64,000 nt of DNA, taken from the NCBI GenBank assembly GCA_020137815.1, contig CM035353.1:3286001-3350000 (forward strand), in the 5' to 3' direction. Under the pieces are notes generated by a model. That model was given only the letters and a program-made list of their open reading frames with translations. It searched no databases and was not told the DNA's origin. Below are positions 1 through 10,567 of this stretch, piece after piece; positions within the stretch are counted from its first letter, which is position 1; each line of letters starts with the position of its first letter. A program made the translations under genes and the position numbers. The DNA is from Hormiphora californensis. Taxonomy: Eukaryota; Animalia; Ctenophora.

Positions 1-627
1 AGAATATCTGTCTTTTTGGCAGAGAAGCAGATCCAAAGTACCACCACGAACATGAGTAGGTTGTAGTGGGACCCGCTGATCAAATCCAAGAGAGTCGAGT
101 AGTCCAAGCAACTTCTTCGCATAGAAGTTCTGAGTATCTTGAACCTGGAAGTTAAAGTCCCCCATCAGGATAGGGTTCCCCGTTTTGCAGACCAACTCTG
201 ACAAATAATCGGTAAACTCATCCAGGAACTGGGCTTCCGTAAACCGTGCCTTGCCAGTATACGGAGGTCTATAGATATTGCATAGCCTCGTCACATCTTT
301 TCCTCCTCCAATAAGGGCTTCCTGGACTTGAAACGATTTAAACTTGGCTTTTACCGGAGTGTATTTCAACTTGACACCATCCCTGTACAAGATTCCAATT
401 CCACCTCCTGAACGTTCCGCTCTAGGCGAGGAGAAGATATTCCAACCATAGTCTCTGATCTCCTGAAGTTTAGCTGTGTCACTCTGTTTCAGATAAGTCT
501 CCTGTACCAAGCAGATGTCACATCCTTTTTCCTCCAAGTGTGTAATTACACCTGACGTCTTATTCATAACTGAGTGGACGTTTAGTGTGCCAATCCTCCA
601 AGACGTTTTCCTCTCAGATCCTCCCAT
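1..627 (-). CDS. LINE ORF2 N-terminus, apurinic-like endonuclease (runs off the window)
   Basis: Manual translation from ATG 627: MGGSERKTSWRIGTLNVHSV...DICLVQETYL...GGGIGILYR...NIYRPP...ILMGDFN...PTHVRGGTLDLLL. These are the APE endonuclease motifs; the frame is open to base 1. Confidence 0.92.
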   Translation of the reverse strand, partial: MGGSERKTSWRIGTLNVHSVMNKTSGVITHLEEKGCDICLVQETYLKQSDTAKLQEIRDYGWNIFSSPRAERSGGGIGILYRDGVKLKYTPVKAKFKSFQVQEALIGGGKDVTRLCNIYRPPYTGKARFTEAQFLDEFTDYLSELVCKTGNPILMGDFNFQVQDTQNFYAKKLLGLLDSLGFDQRVPLQPTHVRGGTLDLLLCQKDRYS

Positions 628-1871
628 GCCCTCGTCAGGTACACGTTTTTTTCCTGCTTCGTTACTCCACTGGTACTCTCCATGAGTCTTCCTTTAGCAT
701 TTACATAGAATGGACACATACTGCTGGAGGCTGGGTGACTTTGAGCATGGCGCTTGTCCTCTCTGCTTCCTCCATGATCACAGTTGACACATTTCATCCT
801 GCTAACTACATTTTCCTTCTTGGCATGGCAACTCCTAGTGTCATGATCTCCCGTACAGAAGGCACAAACCGGAGATTTATCCTTGTTTGGGCAGTAGATG
901 GATCCTGCTACATGGCCAAAGCGCTGGCAGTGAAAACACTGCGTGACATAAAACCTGTTCCTCACTGAATGCTGTCGAAGTTTCAAGAATAGCTTGTCCT
1001 TCCTTTCCGATATCGCCTTCCTCACTTCTGGAGAGACCTGGAACACTGCATATCTTCCTGTTCTGTTTACATGGACCACCTTCACCAGGTGACCCTCCCC
1101 AACTAGTCTCTTCACAGACTCATTCTTATCACTGACAATCTCTGACAGAAGGCGATCTTTTTCCAGTAGGTCCTGGTCAAGATCATTGATCATGATGCGA
1201 GGATCTCTTTTCTTCTCCTTCTCCACTACGGGAGAAACATCAAGGAACGGTGAAAGAACTTCTTTCGCCTGTTCCAACTGTTCATCGGTCTCAAACATAA
1301 GATTTGTCCTCCTCTTGGTGACTGAAAGATCTAGGACTGGAATCTTATTCAATGCTTTCTCCACCTTTGTCTTCACGACAGTAGTCCACTTCTTCTCACA
1401 CATAGGTCCTTCCTCACCTTTATCCTTGATAGTCAGATACCTCTTAATTGGAGTCACAGGGGTCACAGTTTCCTGTGCCGAGCCAGTGCGATTCACAGCA
1501 TGAATTGCCAATTGGTCACTGCTAGGAGCTAAGATCTTGCTAACCTTGGGGGCAACCAGATCCGGTAGTGTGCTCAGAAGATCCTCTTTCAGCTTATCCA
1601 GTGTATCTCTCAAGTCGTCAGCAGTGAATGATGTCACAGATTCAGATGAGTGGGTAGAGATGCGTCGTGTTTCTGGTAACAATCCATATAGTTCCTTGAC
1701 CATCGTCCATAAAACCGCTTTGGAGGCTCCACTTGGAGGCTCCACTGCATCATCCTTAATGCTCTGCAAAATACTGGCACCCTTACATCTATCAGAGTAG
1801 CTCGTGGCGAGCAACTTACCCTCCATATCGTTCCTGCACATAATAACATCATGGGTAGCCACACCCGACAT
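582..1871 (-). CDS. LINE ORF1 (gag-like, three CCHC zinc knuckles)
   Basis: 429-aa ORF with CFHCQRFGH..C, CAFCTGDH....C and CVNC...H.....C, directly upstream of and overlapping the APE ORF2. Confidence 0.9.
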   Translation of the reverse strand: MSGVATHDVIMCRNDMEGKLLATSYSDRCKGASILQSIKDDAVEPPSGASKAVLWTMVKELYGLLPETRRISTHSSESVTSFTADDLRDTLDKLKEDLLSTLPDLVAPKVSKILAPSSDQLAIHAVNRTGSAQETVTPVTPIKRYLTIKDKGEEGPMCEKKWTTVVKTKVEKALNKIPVLDLSVTKRRTNLMFETDEQLEQAKEVLSPFLDVSPVVEKEKKRDPRIMINDLDQDLLEKDRLLSEIVSDKNESVKRLVGEGHLVKVVHVNRTGRYAVFQVSPEVRKAISERKDKLFLKLRQHSVRNRFYVTQCFHCQRFGHVAGSIYCPNKDKSPVCAFCTGDHDTRSCHAKKENVVSRMKCVNCDHGGSREDKRHAQSHPASSSMCPFYVNAKGRLMESTSGVTKQEKNVYLTRAWEDLRGKRLGGLAH

Positions 1872-2143
1872 CCTGTCCTGTAAATAGAGGCGCGAGGAAC
1901 CGTTCCTTGCAAGTCTTGGCGTCCTTGGTATAACCCAACGAGGTCCTCTGAGATCTGTTTACTTAGAAAAACCAGACACGTCTTCTCTTGTCTTTTCTTT
2001 AAGGAGAGGGATAAACAGAAGTCTCAGAAGGATTAGCGAGGGGCAGCAAAACGGATCCTCAAATTAATTTGTTTAAAGTAGTGTTGAAAAGTTTGAAACA
2101 CCATGTGTATTAAGTATTCTAACACCCCTTTGCCCTGTTACAG

Positions 2144-4491
2144 GTGTGTGTGCGACCTGCAAAGAGAACATCATTGGACACGAGAACGGATGCAAAGCTC
2201 TTGGATCACTTTACCATGTGACGTGTTTCGTCTGTACCAAGTGTAGTAAGTTATATATCACGTGACAAAATGCTATCTAGAGTATATGTGAATCATTGTA
2301 CTTTTCTTCTCGATTTTTTCCCTGCCCGGGTGATTGCCGAAGGCAATCACCCGGGATGATGTTTTTAGCACGCACGTGCTAAAAAGATCATTCAGGGTTT
2401 AGAAATCAGCAGATCGTGGAGTTAACTAAAATGTCCGTCCGTCCGTCCGTCCACCGTTACCGGCGCTGCGCACATAACAACGCTCTTTGAATGAGTCAGT
2501 CGTTCGCAAAGTTATCCCACAACGGACCACGGTGGCGCGCGCTCAAAATTTGCTGCATGCACACTGTCAATGCAGCGCTGTTGGTCTCACACCTCGCGCG
2601 TTACAGCATGGCGCCGCTACTAGCGCTCGAATGGATTTAACTTCTTTAAGTTAATCTGATCGAAACTAAAAGCTCGTTAGTGTGGTGACTGACGGAACGT
2701 GAGAAGTTCCCATGCACATGTCACATAACATTGTAATTAGGCGTTGGCGACGACGATCAGATCACATTGCACGGTATCATCTAGTGTGGGCGGCGCCCAC
2801 ACTAGATCTCATCGCTTATCAGTGAATGTGATCGGTTTGAGTATTCGTTGGCAGGGAAACACAGCATTATGAAACATAATGCAATAATAATTCTTGTTAT
2901 AATTCCAAACGTGTTTATTATTTTATTAACTGCTGAAAGTTAATTAATTATCCAGGCATGTAATTCCAAACTATTTCAGAGGATACCCTGGTCAAGAAGC
3001 CCTTCTACCACACGGACGGTCTTGTGTACTGTGAGGAATGCTATCTGGACACACTTGAGAAGTGTGACGCCTGTGGATTACACATCAAGGAACGGGTACG
3101 CGTTTATTAAACCCTTTAATTAGACCCTTTTATAAGTTAATTAGACCCTTTAATTATACCCTTTTATTAGACCCTTTTATACTGGGGTTTCGCTTTATGA
3201 ATCGCTCTTCCCACTCACATCACATCACATCGTTCTAGTGCTGCTTGTAGTCGTATTACCGTAATGGAAATACAGTAATGAGACACGCACGTTGCATAAC
3301 GTGCGGCAAAAAGTGCACGTACTAGCGCCCTGATTGGCCACGGTTGCGTGTCGTCTTACTGTATCTCCGTTTTCTATTACCGTTTTCCCACTACAAGCGA
3401 CCGTGTTATGTAGAATTTTTTTTTCAACACCGGCATAATCTGTATTTATATAGTTCATGGTTTTAACAAATTGTCCCCTGCAGATACTACGAGCGGTTGA
3501 CAAGCAGTACCATCCCGAGTGTTTCAAATGTACAGACTGCTCCACCTGCTTGGACGGAGTACCCTTCACAGTCGATACCAACTCAAACGTCCTCTGTGTG
3601 ACATGCTATAACAAGTTAGTTAAATCCAGTTAGTTAAATCCAGAATCAATAACAAGTTAGTTAACCGTATTATCTTTCCTGAAATCTCCGAGTCGTCTAC
3701 AATCAGTGTTACTACTGCAGTCCTAAATAAACACTATTTCATTGTATCAGAACTATCTGATTCAAAAACAGCCGTCTGGTCAACTTATTGATTCAGAATT
3801 ATTATCCATACTTTGGTTATACGCGATGTAATTTCATTACCAACTCCATACTTGGTATTTTCCACCGTATTTTGATCTTGGAGTTGTATTTAAATTTGTT
3901 TGAGTGTGTCTGTATGATTGTGCCCCCCCCCCCACTGTTGCCTTGCTCGACCCTGTTAGAACTTGTTATGTTCTAACCCTCCCTTTACGGGTGCGGGGCG
4001 CCCGAAACACAGTCTAGCCAGGCAAGTTAGAACATACCAACCCCCCTGCAGGAAGTTCGCATACCAGTGTGCTGCGTGCAGTAAGTTGATCATCTCTGAG
4101 GATGGCGCCGAGACATACAGGATCATAGCCATGGACAAAGACTTTCATGTTTCATGCTACAAATGCATGGTGAGTGACGAGTCACTCCCTGACAACCCCC
4201 ATGTTGCCATAACAACCACCATGTTCCCATAACAACCCCATTTTGCCATAGCAACCATGCCACACTGTTCCCATGACAACCCCATGTTGCCATAACAACC
4301 CCAATGTTCCCATAACAAGCCTATAACAACCCCCATGTTCCCATAACAACCCCAATGTTGCCATAACAACCCCATCTTCTCTGTAGGTGTGTGATACAAA
4401 GTTCAGTAACGAGGAGGGAGCGGGATGTTACCCCTTCGAGGAGAAGCTTCTCTGTCATGCACACTTTAAGGAACTCTCAGCCGCTCAGTGA
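2144..4491 (+). CDS. zyxin/LPP/TRIP6/Ajuba-family protein, three C-terminal LIM domains (5' exons outside window)
   Basis: GT-AG exons 2144-2245, 2980-3095, 3484-3614, 4052-4169 and 4387-4491 splice in frame: [32 protein letters not shown]...[16 protein letters not shown]...[31 protein letters not shown]...CAACSKLI...[16 protein letters not shown]...[14 protein letters not shown]...*. Confidence 0.92.
2314..2895 (+). mobile_element. Helentron-associated non-autonomous element (DINE-1/HINE-like)
   Basis: Subterminal IR TTCCCTGCC...GGCAGGGAA, 5' hairpins, (GTCC)n microsatellite at ~2433-2452, 3' stem-loop GCATTATG-AAA-CATAATGC, T-rich flanks. Confidence 0.7.
3244..3397. mobile_element. MITE with CTTGTAGT...ACTACAAG termini
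   Basis: Imperfect ~45-bp terminal inverted repeats; same termini as the element at 25784-26453. Confidence 0.55.
4192..4376. repeat. ~19-20 bp intronic minisatellite (CCCCATGTTGCCATAACAA)
   Basis: Degenerate tandem units filling the last LIM-gene intron. Confidence 0.85.
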
Positions 4492-4596
4492 ACAACTAAA
4501 CAGGACTCTGGATCAAAATAAGCAAATTACACCGAACTCATAATAATAGTCATATCTACTAGTGGAATAGTGAAATATAGATCACGAGATGCATTA

Positions 4597-4886
4597 GGGG
4601 AAACTCTAACTGAATGGCATCCCATTAATGGGATCCCATCAACAGTAAAACTCTAACTGATAATGGACCACAGTGATGGTTCTTTCTCTGTATTCTCTCT
4701 GTGTGCGCGCCCGTGCCCGGGCATGCCCTATAGTTCTTTCTCTGTATTCTCTCTGTATGCAGTACATAGATGTACTGCCTACAGAGAGAATACAGAGAAA
4801 GAACCATCACTGTGGTCCATTATCAGTTAGAGTTTTACTGTTGATGGGATGCCATTAATGGGATGCCATTCAGTTAGAGTTTCCCC
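4597..4886. mobile_element. foldback MITE, possibly PIF/Harbinger
   Basis: ~105-bp near-perfect TIR GGGGAAACTCTAACTG...CAGTTAGAGTTTCCCC; flanks TTA/TGA (TNA-like, not identical). Confidence 0.75.
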
Positions 4887-5391
4887 TGATATACGCAGAG
4901 AGATTTCAGCGAAGAAAATGACTTGATGCTAATGAACATATATGAACTTTTTATTTGAAAATGAAGGAATTACGAAATAATAATTTAACTCATGGTGATG
5001 TTTTGTTCAACAGTCCCACCTGCAAAACATGGGAGAGAAAGAAAAGATGTATAAAAAGTTGTTCAAGTGTGGGTTGTAACTTGTATATTTTACTGTTTTC
5101 AAACTTTGTAAAATCAGCTTGTTTACACCTTGTTCAACAAGGCGTGAATGGTTTTCCCGGTATTGTTTGCCAACAAGTTGTTGCCATTGGCATTGGCAAT
5201 GCCAACCAGTCGAGCATTGGCCTGACCCTGTTTTCATTTCTTTCCTAAAGTGCGAGAACAGCGATCAGACATTGACCTGACGGCTGGCATTTACCAACCA
5301 ATTCGAGAGAAACCATCCTCGCCTCTACATATGCCTGCCGGCCGTTGACGCTTTTCGGCGCACTTGCTGTTCAGGACATGTACAGCACATT

Positions 5392-6834
5392 GGCAATTTC
5401 TCATTTGCGGCATACGGCGTCTAGACGGCGTCGCAACGCCGTCTAGACGGCGTCTAGACGGTATACCGTCTGGACGGGTTCCGGTGAAATCAGCTAAAAA
5501 CGGTACCGAAATTGCTTGAGACGGGTTATAGACGGTATCAGACGGTCTCTAGACGGGTTATAGACGGTATCAGACGGTGTTGCGACGGTATCAGACGGTC
5601 TCTAGACGGTGTCTAGACGGTACCGTCCCGGCGTCTGGACGGTGTCTGGACGGTGTCTAGACGGTATCCGTCCGAAATTGAGACGGCACGTCTGAAAATT
5701 GTATCAGACGTTGAGACGGACTTTTAGAACTCCGTCTGTATTTCAGACGGAGTTTTAAAAGTACGTCTCAATGCAGTCTAAAGGAAAATCGATGAAAGTA
5801 CCGTCTAGACAGTAGACAACGTCTCAACTGAAACCGGTCAACATACCGTCTAAACAACGTCTAGACAACGTCTAAACAGAATCTCGCGATTCAGTTTCAA
5901 ATACCGTCTAGACAACTTCTCCAGCAATTTCGATAAGAATACCGTCTAAACAACGTCTAGACAACGTCTCAAATAATGATGTCTAGACTCGACCGTTTTC
6001 GAAGACCATTCTGGATTACCCATGCCAGTTGGAATTAGTGGTAGATGTGTGGTAGGCAGTCTAAAGAATTAAACTTCGCGCCTTACATTCATGAGACGAC
6101 AATGGCGGGTTGCTGTTTCTTCTTACATTCAGCCAAACTGTTTTGGTATCTCCACATTCACTCTTACATCCAGCTATCGCGTTGTAATACAACTGTGAGA
6201 TAAGCTGTTTATGGCTGATACTATGAGACGTTGTTTAGACGGTATCTGTATCGGATTCGCTTAAGACGTTGTCTAGACGTTGTTTAGACGGTATTCGTAT
6301 CGAAATTGCTAGAGAAGTTGTCTAGACGGTATTTGAAACTGAATCGCGAGATTCTGTTTAGACGTTGTCTAGACGTTGTTTAGACGGTATTTTGACCGGT
6401 TTCAGTTGAGACGTTGTCTAGACGGTACTTTCATCGATTTTCCTTTAGACTGCGTTGAGACGTACTTTTAAAACTCCGTCTGAAATACAGACGGAGTTCT
6501 AAAAGTCCGTCTCAACGTCTGGTACAATTTTCAGACGTGCCGTCTCAATTTCGGACGGATACCGTCTAGACACCGTCCAGACGCCGTCCAGACGCCGGGA
6601 CGGTACCGTCTAGACACCGTCTAGAGACCGTCTGATACCGTCGCAACACCGTCTGATACCGTCTATAACCCGTCTAGAGACCGTCTGATACCGTCTATAA
6701 CCCGTCTCAAGCACTTTCGGTACCGTTTTTAGCTGATTTCACCGGAACCCGTCCAGACGGTATACCGTCTAGACGCCGTCTAGACGGCGTTGCGACGCCG
6801 TCTAGACGCCGTATGCCGCAAATGAGAAATTGCC
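5392..6834. mobile_element. foldback element, Mutator (MULE)-like, non-autonomous
   Basis: ~580-bp TIRs beginning GGCAATTTCTCATTTGCGG; exact 9-bp TSD CAGCACATT (5383-5391 and 6835-6843); arms built of GTCTAGACGG-type subrepeats. Confidence 0.9.
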
Positions 6835-6973
6835 CAGCACATTTGCATTGTACACGCTAGTGCCTGATCTTTGCCTTGGTAGCAGTTAGACTTAAGGTTC
6901 GGGGTTGTGCCCCCACACCCCCCTTTGGCCCCGGGGCACTCGCCAGTGCTATGATGACTGTCATCAATTATAA

Positions 6974-8716
6974 AGTGCGTTTCAAACGACTTGACCTGAG
7001 ATTCCTGGAAATTCAGGATTTCCCCTTTGTAAATACACGCGCAATGCGCCGAATTCCAAGAATTACGGGTCAAGTCGCTTGAAACGGACTTTAATTGGCC
7101 GAATTAAACGTAGCGCGCGGGAATTGTTGTTATAAACGGCATTTTTGATGCGCGCGTGCGCGTTCTAGTTTTTATTTTCAAAATAATAAATTCTTTGCGA
7201 GGCCGGAGGGGGGCGCGATTAAAGTCGGATTTTTTGAAGTTGTCACCCCCCTTTTTGTGCGCGGAATGTTTTTGCGCGTCACATCACATGTTAACGTATG
7301 GTGTGCGCGTCAAAATTGATAAATTTCACATGCGCGGTCATTTTGGGGTGACAACTTCAAAAAATCCGACTTTAAAGTGAAAGCGAAACAACAACGAACT
7401 GGCTGCGCGTCGCGCATTCGTTGCGCATAACGATCTCACCGGAGAGATTCACATGCGCAACGTTGCGGGACGCGCAGCCAGTTCGTTGTTGTTTCGCTTA
7501 CACTTTAAAGTCGAATTTTTTAATCAAGGGACAGGGGGCCGCACATTCAGAGAGGTCGCGCGGCGTTGTATTTGCGCGTGACAATCGAGATCAAGTTCCT
7601 GGCAATCTTAAGACTTGAACCCGGAAGCGTTGGAAAGATAATTTTAAGACCTTTTCAACGCAACCAAGATCAAGTCTTTATCTTATCAGGAACAGGAGAT
7701 ATGAGCGAAAACATTTAGCACGCGCAAAAAGACTTTGTAAATGCGCGGCCCCTGTCCCTTGATTAAAAAATTCGACTATAAAGTCCGATTTTTTATAATG
7801 TGAACGGGGGGCGCGCAAAAACTTTCCCACGCACCGTGGGAAAGTTTTTTTTCGTTTTGTTTCGATCATTTCTCTGGCTCCTGATAAGATAAAGACTTGA
7901 TCTTGGTTGCATTGAAAAGGTCTTAAAATTATCTTTCCGATACTTCCGGGATCAAGTCTTAAGATTGTCAAGAACAGAATTTAGCACGTGCAAATAGAAT
8001 TAAGTGGAATTAAGTGCGCACCCCCCGTTCACATTATTAAAAATCGGACTTTAAAGTCGGATTTTTTGAAACTGTCACCCCAAAATGACCGCGCATGTGA
8101 AATTTATCAAATTTGACGCGCACACCACACGTTAACATGTGATGTGACGCGCAAAAACATTCCCCGCACGAAAAGGGGGTGACAGTTTCAAAAAATCGGA
8201 CTTTATAATCTGGGTGCCTTGCAGCGTGTTTACAGGTGCGCGCTACCAAAAAGAGTACACTTATATTTCCTAGACCGACTTTTTTCAAACGGCTATAGCC
8301 ACGCAACCACATGGCCGATTTGAGTAAACTAAACGGTATCTGATAGAGAATCGATAGCCCTAACCGATAACCCCAAACAAAACCCTAACAACAGCCCTAA
8401 CCCGTCTCGACCGCCAAAATCGATGAATTGTTAGCAATGGAAGGCACCCAGATTTTAACGTTTTCCGCCGGAGGGCGCCGGGCGCCGTTACGATCTGGGT
8501 GTTTGGAGGCCTGTTTACAGGTGTGCGCTGCCAAAAAAGTTGATTCACTAAAATGGCTCTAACCGCCAAACCACTCAACCGTTTTGGCTGATTCAAAGTT
8601 TATCTGGTAGGGTATGTCAAGGCCTAACCCCAACCCAAACCCCAACCCTAACCCTAACCCTACTTTAGCCCTAACCCTAAAAAACCGTTTGTCAGCACTC
8701 CCAAAACACCCAGATT
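6974..8716. mobile_element. tandem array of eight TTAA-target (Kolobok-like) MITEs
   Basis: Units 6974-7090, 7223-7371, 7376-7504, 7509-7777, 7782-8050, 8055-8202, 8207-8454 and 8492-8716. Each has its own TIR (AGT..ACT or AATCTGGGTG..CACCCAGATT) and is flanked by TTAA or a one-base variant (ATAA, TTAT, TTAC). Confidence 0.85.
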
Positions 8717-8930
8717 TTAATAGGGTATGTCAAGGCCTAACCCCAACCCAAACCCCAACCCTAACCCTAACCCTACTTTAGCCCTAACCCTAAAAAACCG
8801 TTTGTCAGCTGTGAGTGCTGACAAACGCTTTTTTAGGGTTAGGGCCAAAGTATGGTTAGGGTTAGGGTTGGGGTTTGGGTTGGGGTTAAGCCTTGAAATT
8901 TTCTACCAGATAAACTTTGAATTAGCCAAA
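8608..8930. repeat. telomere-like (CCCTAA/TTAGGG) MITE-internal segment present three times (two direct, one inverted)
   Basis: 8608-8697 repeats at 8721-8808; an inverted copy starts at ~8813. Confidence 0.8.
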
Positions 8931-9100
8931 ACATATAAACACTCTTTTAATAAATATTAAAATATTTACAGCACTCATAAAGTCGGATTTTTTGAAGTTG
9001 TCACCCCCCTTTTCACACACGGCGTCGTATTTGCGCGTGACAGCCCACACTTGCTCTCACTTTTCGGCATAAAACCGCATATTATCGGAAAGAGCATAAT

Positions 9101-10440
9101 TAGTCTAGTGAAAACGTGTCCAAAAAGGGGGTCAACCTCAAAGTGAAAAAAGTATTTTTGATTCCTTCACCAAAACACCCTAATGGACCCCCTGAGCGAG
9201 AATCCAAAAGTCTACCGACCTACCAGTTGCGGAACTACCCTTAATTGGCCATAATTGGTTACAGAGTATTTACAGTCATAAATCAAATCGTCTTAGGATA
9301 GGAGTAGAGGAAAAAATAAGGGCACTAAAATGTGTAGCGTCCTCGCATTAGTGGGGGTAGGTACCGGAATAAAGTCTCTATCTCAACTGGTTAATTAGAT
9401 AATGGGATAATTAGCTCTGTGCATAGCCGTTTTTGGCCATATGGCTATAGCCATGTTAGGAAAGGAGTAGAGACAAAACCGAGGGCACTAAAATGTGTAG
9501 CGCCCTCGCATTAGTGGGGGTAGGTACCAAAATTAAGTCTCTATCTCAACTGGTTAATTAGATAATTGGATAATTAGATCTGTGCATAGCCGTTTTTGGC
9601 TATATGGCTATAGCCACTTAGGAATGGTTTAGAGACTTTTCAGAGGGTGCATTTTGTAGACAATGGCCAAGTTATGGGGGTCAATGCCGGACTTTTAAGC
9701 TCTATCTCCGACCGTTTAGCCGTTATTTGGATTCAAAAATGCTCAAGATGAGCAAAAAAAACGGTAAAAGCCCCCCAAAATCCCGATTTGAAGCTTTTTT
9801 GGGGATCTTTGAATCCAAATAACGGCTAAATGGTTGGAGATAGAGCTTAAAAGTCCGGCATTGACCCCCATAACTTGGCCATTGCCTACAAAATGCACCC
9901 TCTGAAAAGTATCTAAACCACTCACAAGTGGCTATAAGTACCATATAATGGCCAAAAACGGCTATGTGCAGATCTAATTATCCAATTATCTAATTAACCA
10001 GTTGAGATATAGACTTAATTTTGGTACCTACCCCCACTAATGCGAGGGCGCTACACATTTTAGTGCCCTCGGTTTTGTCTCTACTCCTTTCCTAAGTGGC
10101 TATAGCCATATAGCCAACAAACGGTTATGCGCAGAGCTAATTATCCCATTATCTAATTAACCAGATGAGATAGAGACTTTATTCCGGTACCTACCCCCAC
10201 TAATGCGAGGACGCTACACATTTTAGTGCCCTTATTTTTTCCTCTACTCCTATCCTAAGACGATTTGATTTATGACTGTAAATACTCTGTAACCAATTAT
10301 GGCCAATTAAGGGTAGTTCCGCAACTGGTAGTTCGGTAGACTTTTGGATTCTCGCTCAGGGGGTCCATTAGGGTGTTTTGGTGAAGGAATCAAAAATACT
10401 TTTTTCACTTTGAGGTTCGGGACACGTTTTCACTAGACTA
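9101..10440. mobile_element. palindromic non-autonomous element, Academ-like
   Basis: Termini TAGTCTAGTG...CACTAGACTA, 4-bp TSD TAAT on both sides, arms of ~650 bp with internal ~180-bp subrepeats. Confidence 0.85.
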
Positions 10441-10567
10441 TAATCTTGTGAGTCCGTAAACGTTTTGTTTGACGAAATTGGTCAAGAAACAAAGGCGTGA
10501 GAGCCAAAACAAGTTTCCGAAACGTTTCCGATGTGCAGGGGTTTTTGATGTTTTTTATATATCTAGG

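Larger units (their letters stand above)
1..2060 (-). mobile_element. non-LTR retrotransposon (LINE) 5' part, antisense within an intron of the LIM gene
   Basis: ORF1 + ORF2 architecture; lies just upstream of the acceptor of the first visible LIM exon (2144); 5' boundary approximate. Confidence 0.85.

Noticed and set aside
5100-5391. Cys-containing reading frame interrupted by the MULE-like element
   Set aside because: Rejoining the flanks gives stops in the minus-strand frames I translated and no recognisable motif.
8600-8900. True telomere or chromosome fusion site
   Set aside because: Short, degenerate and embedded in MITE sequence.
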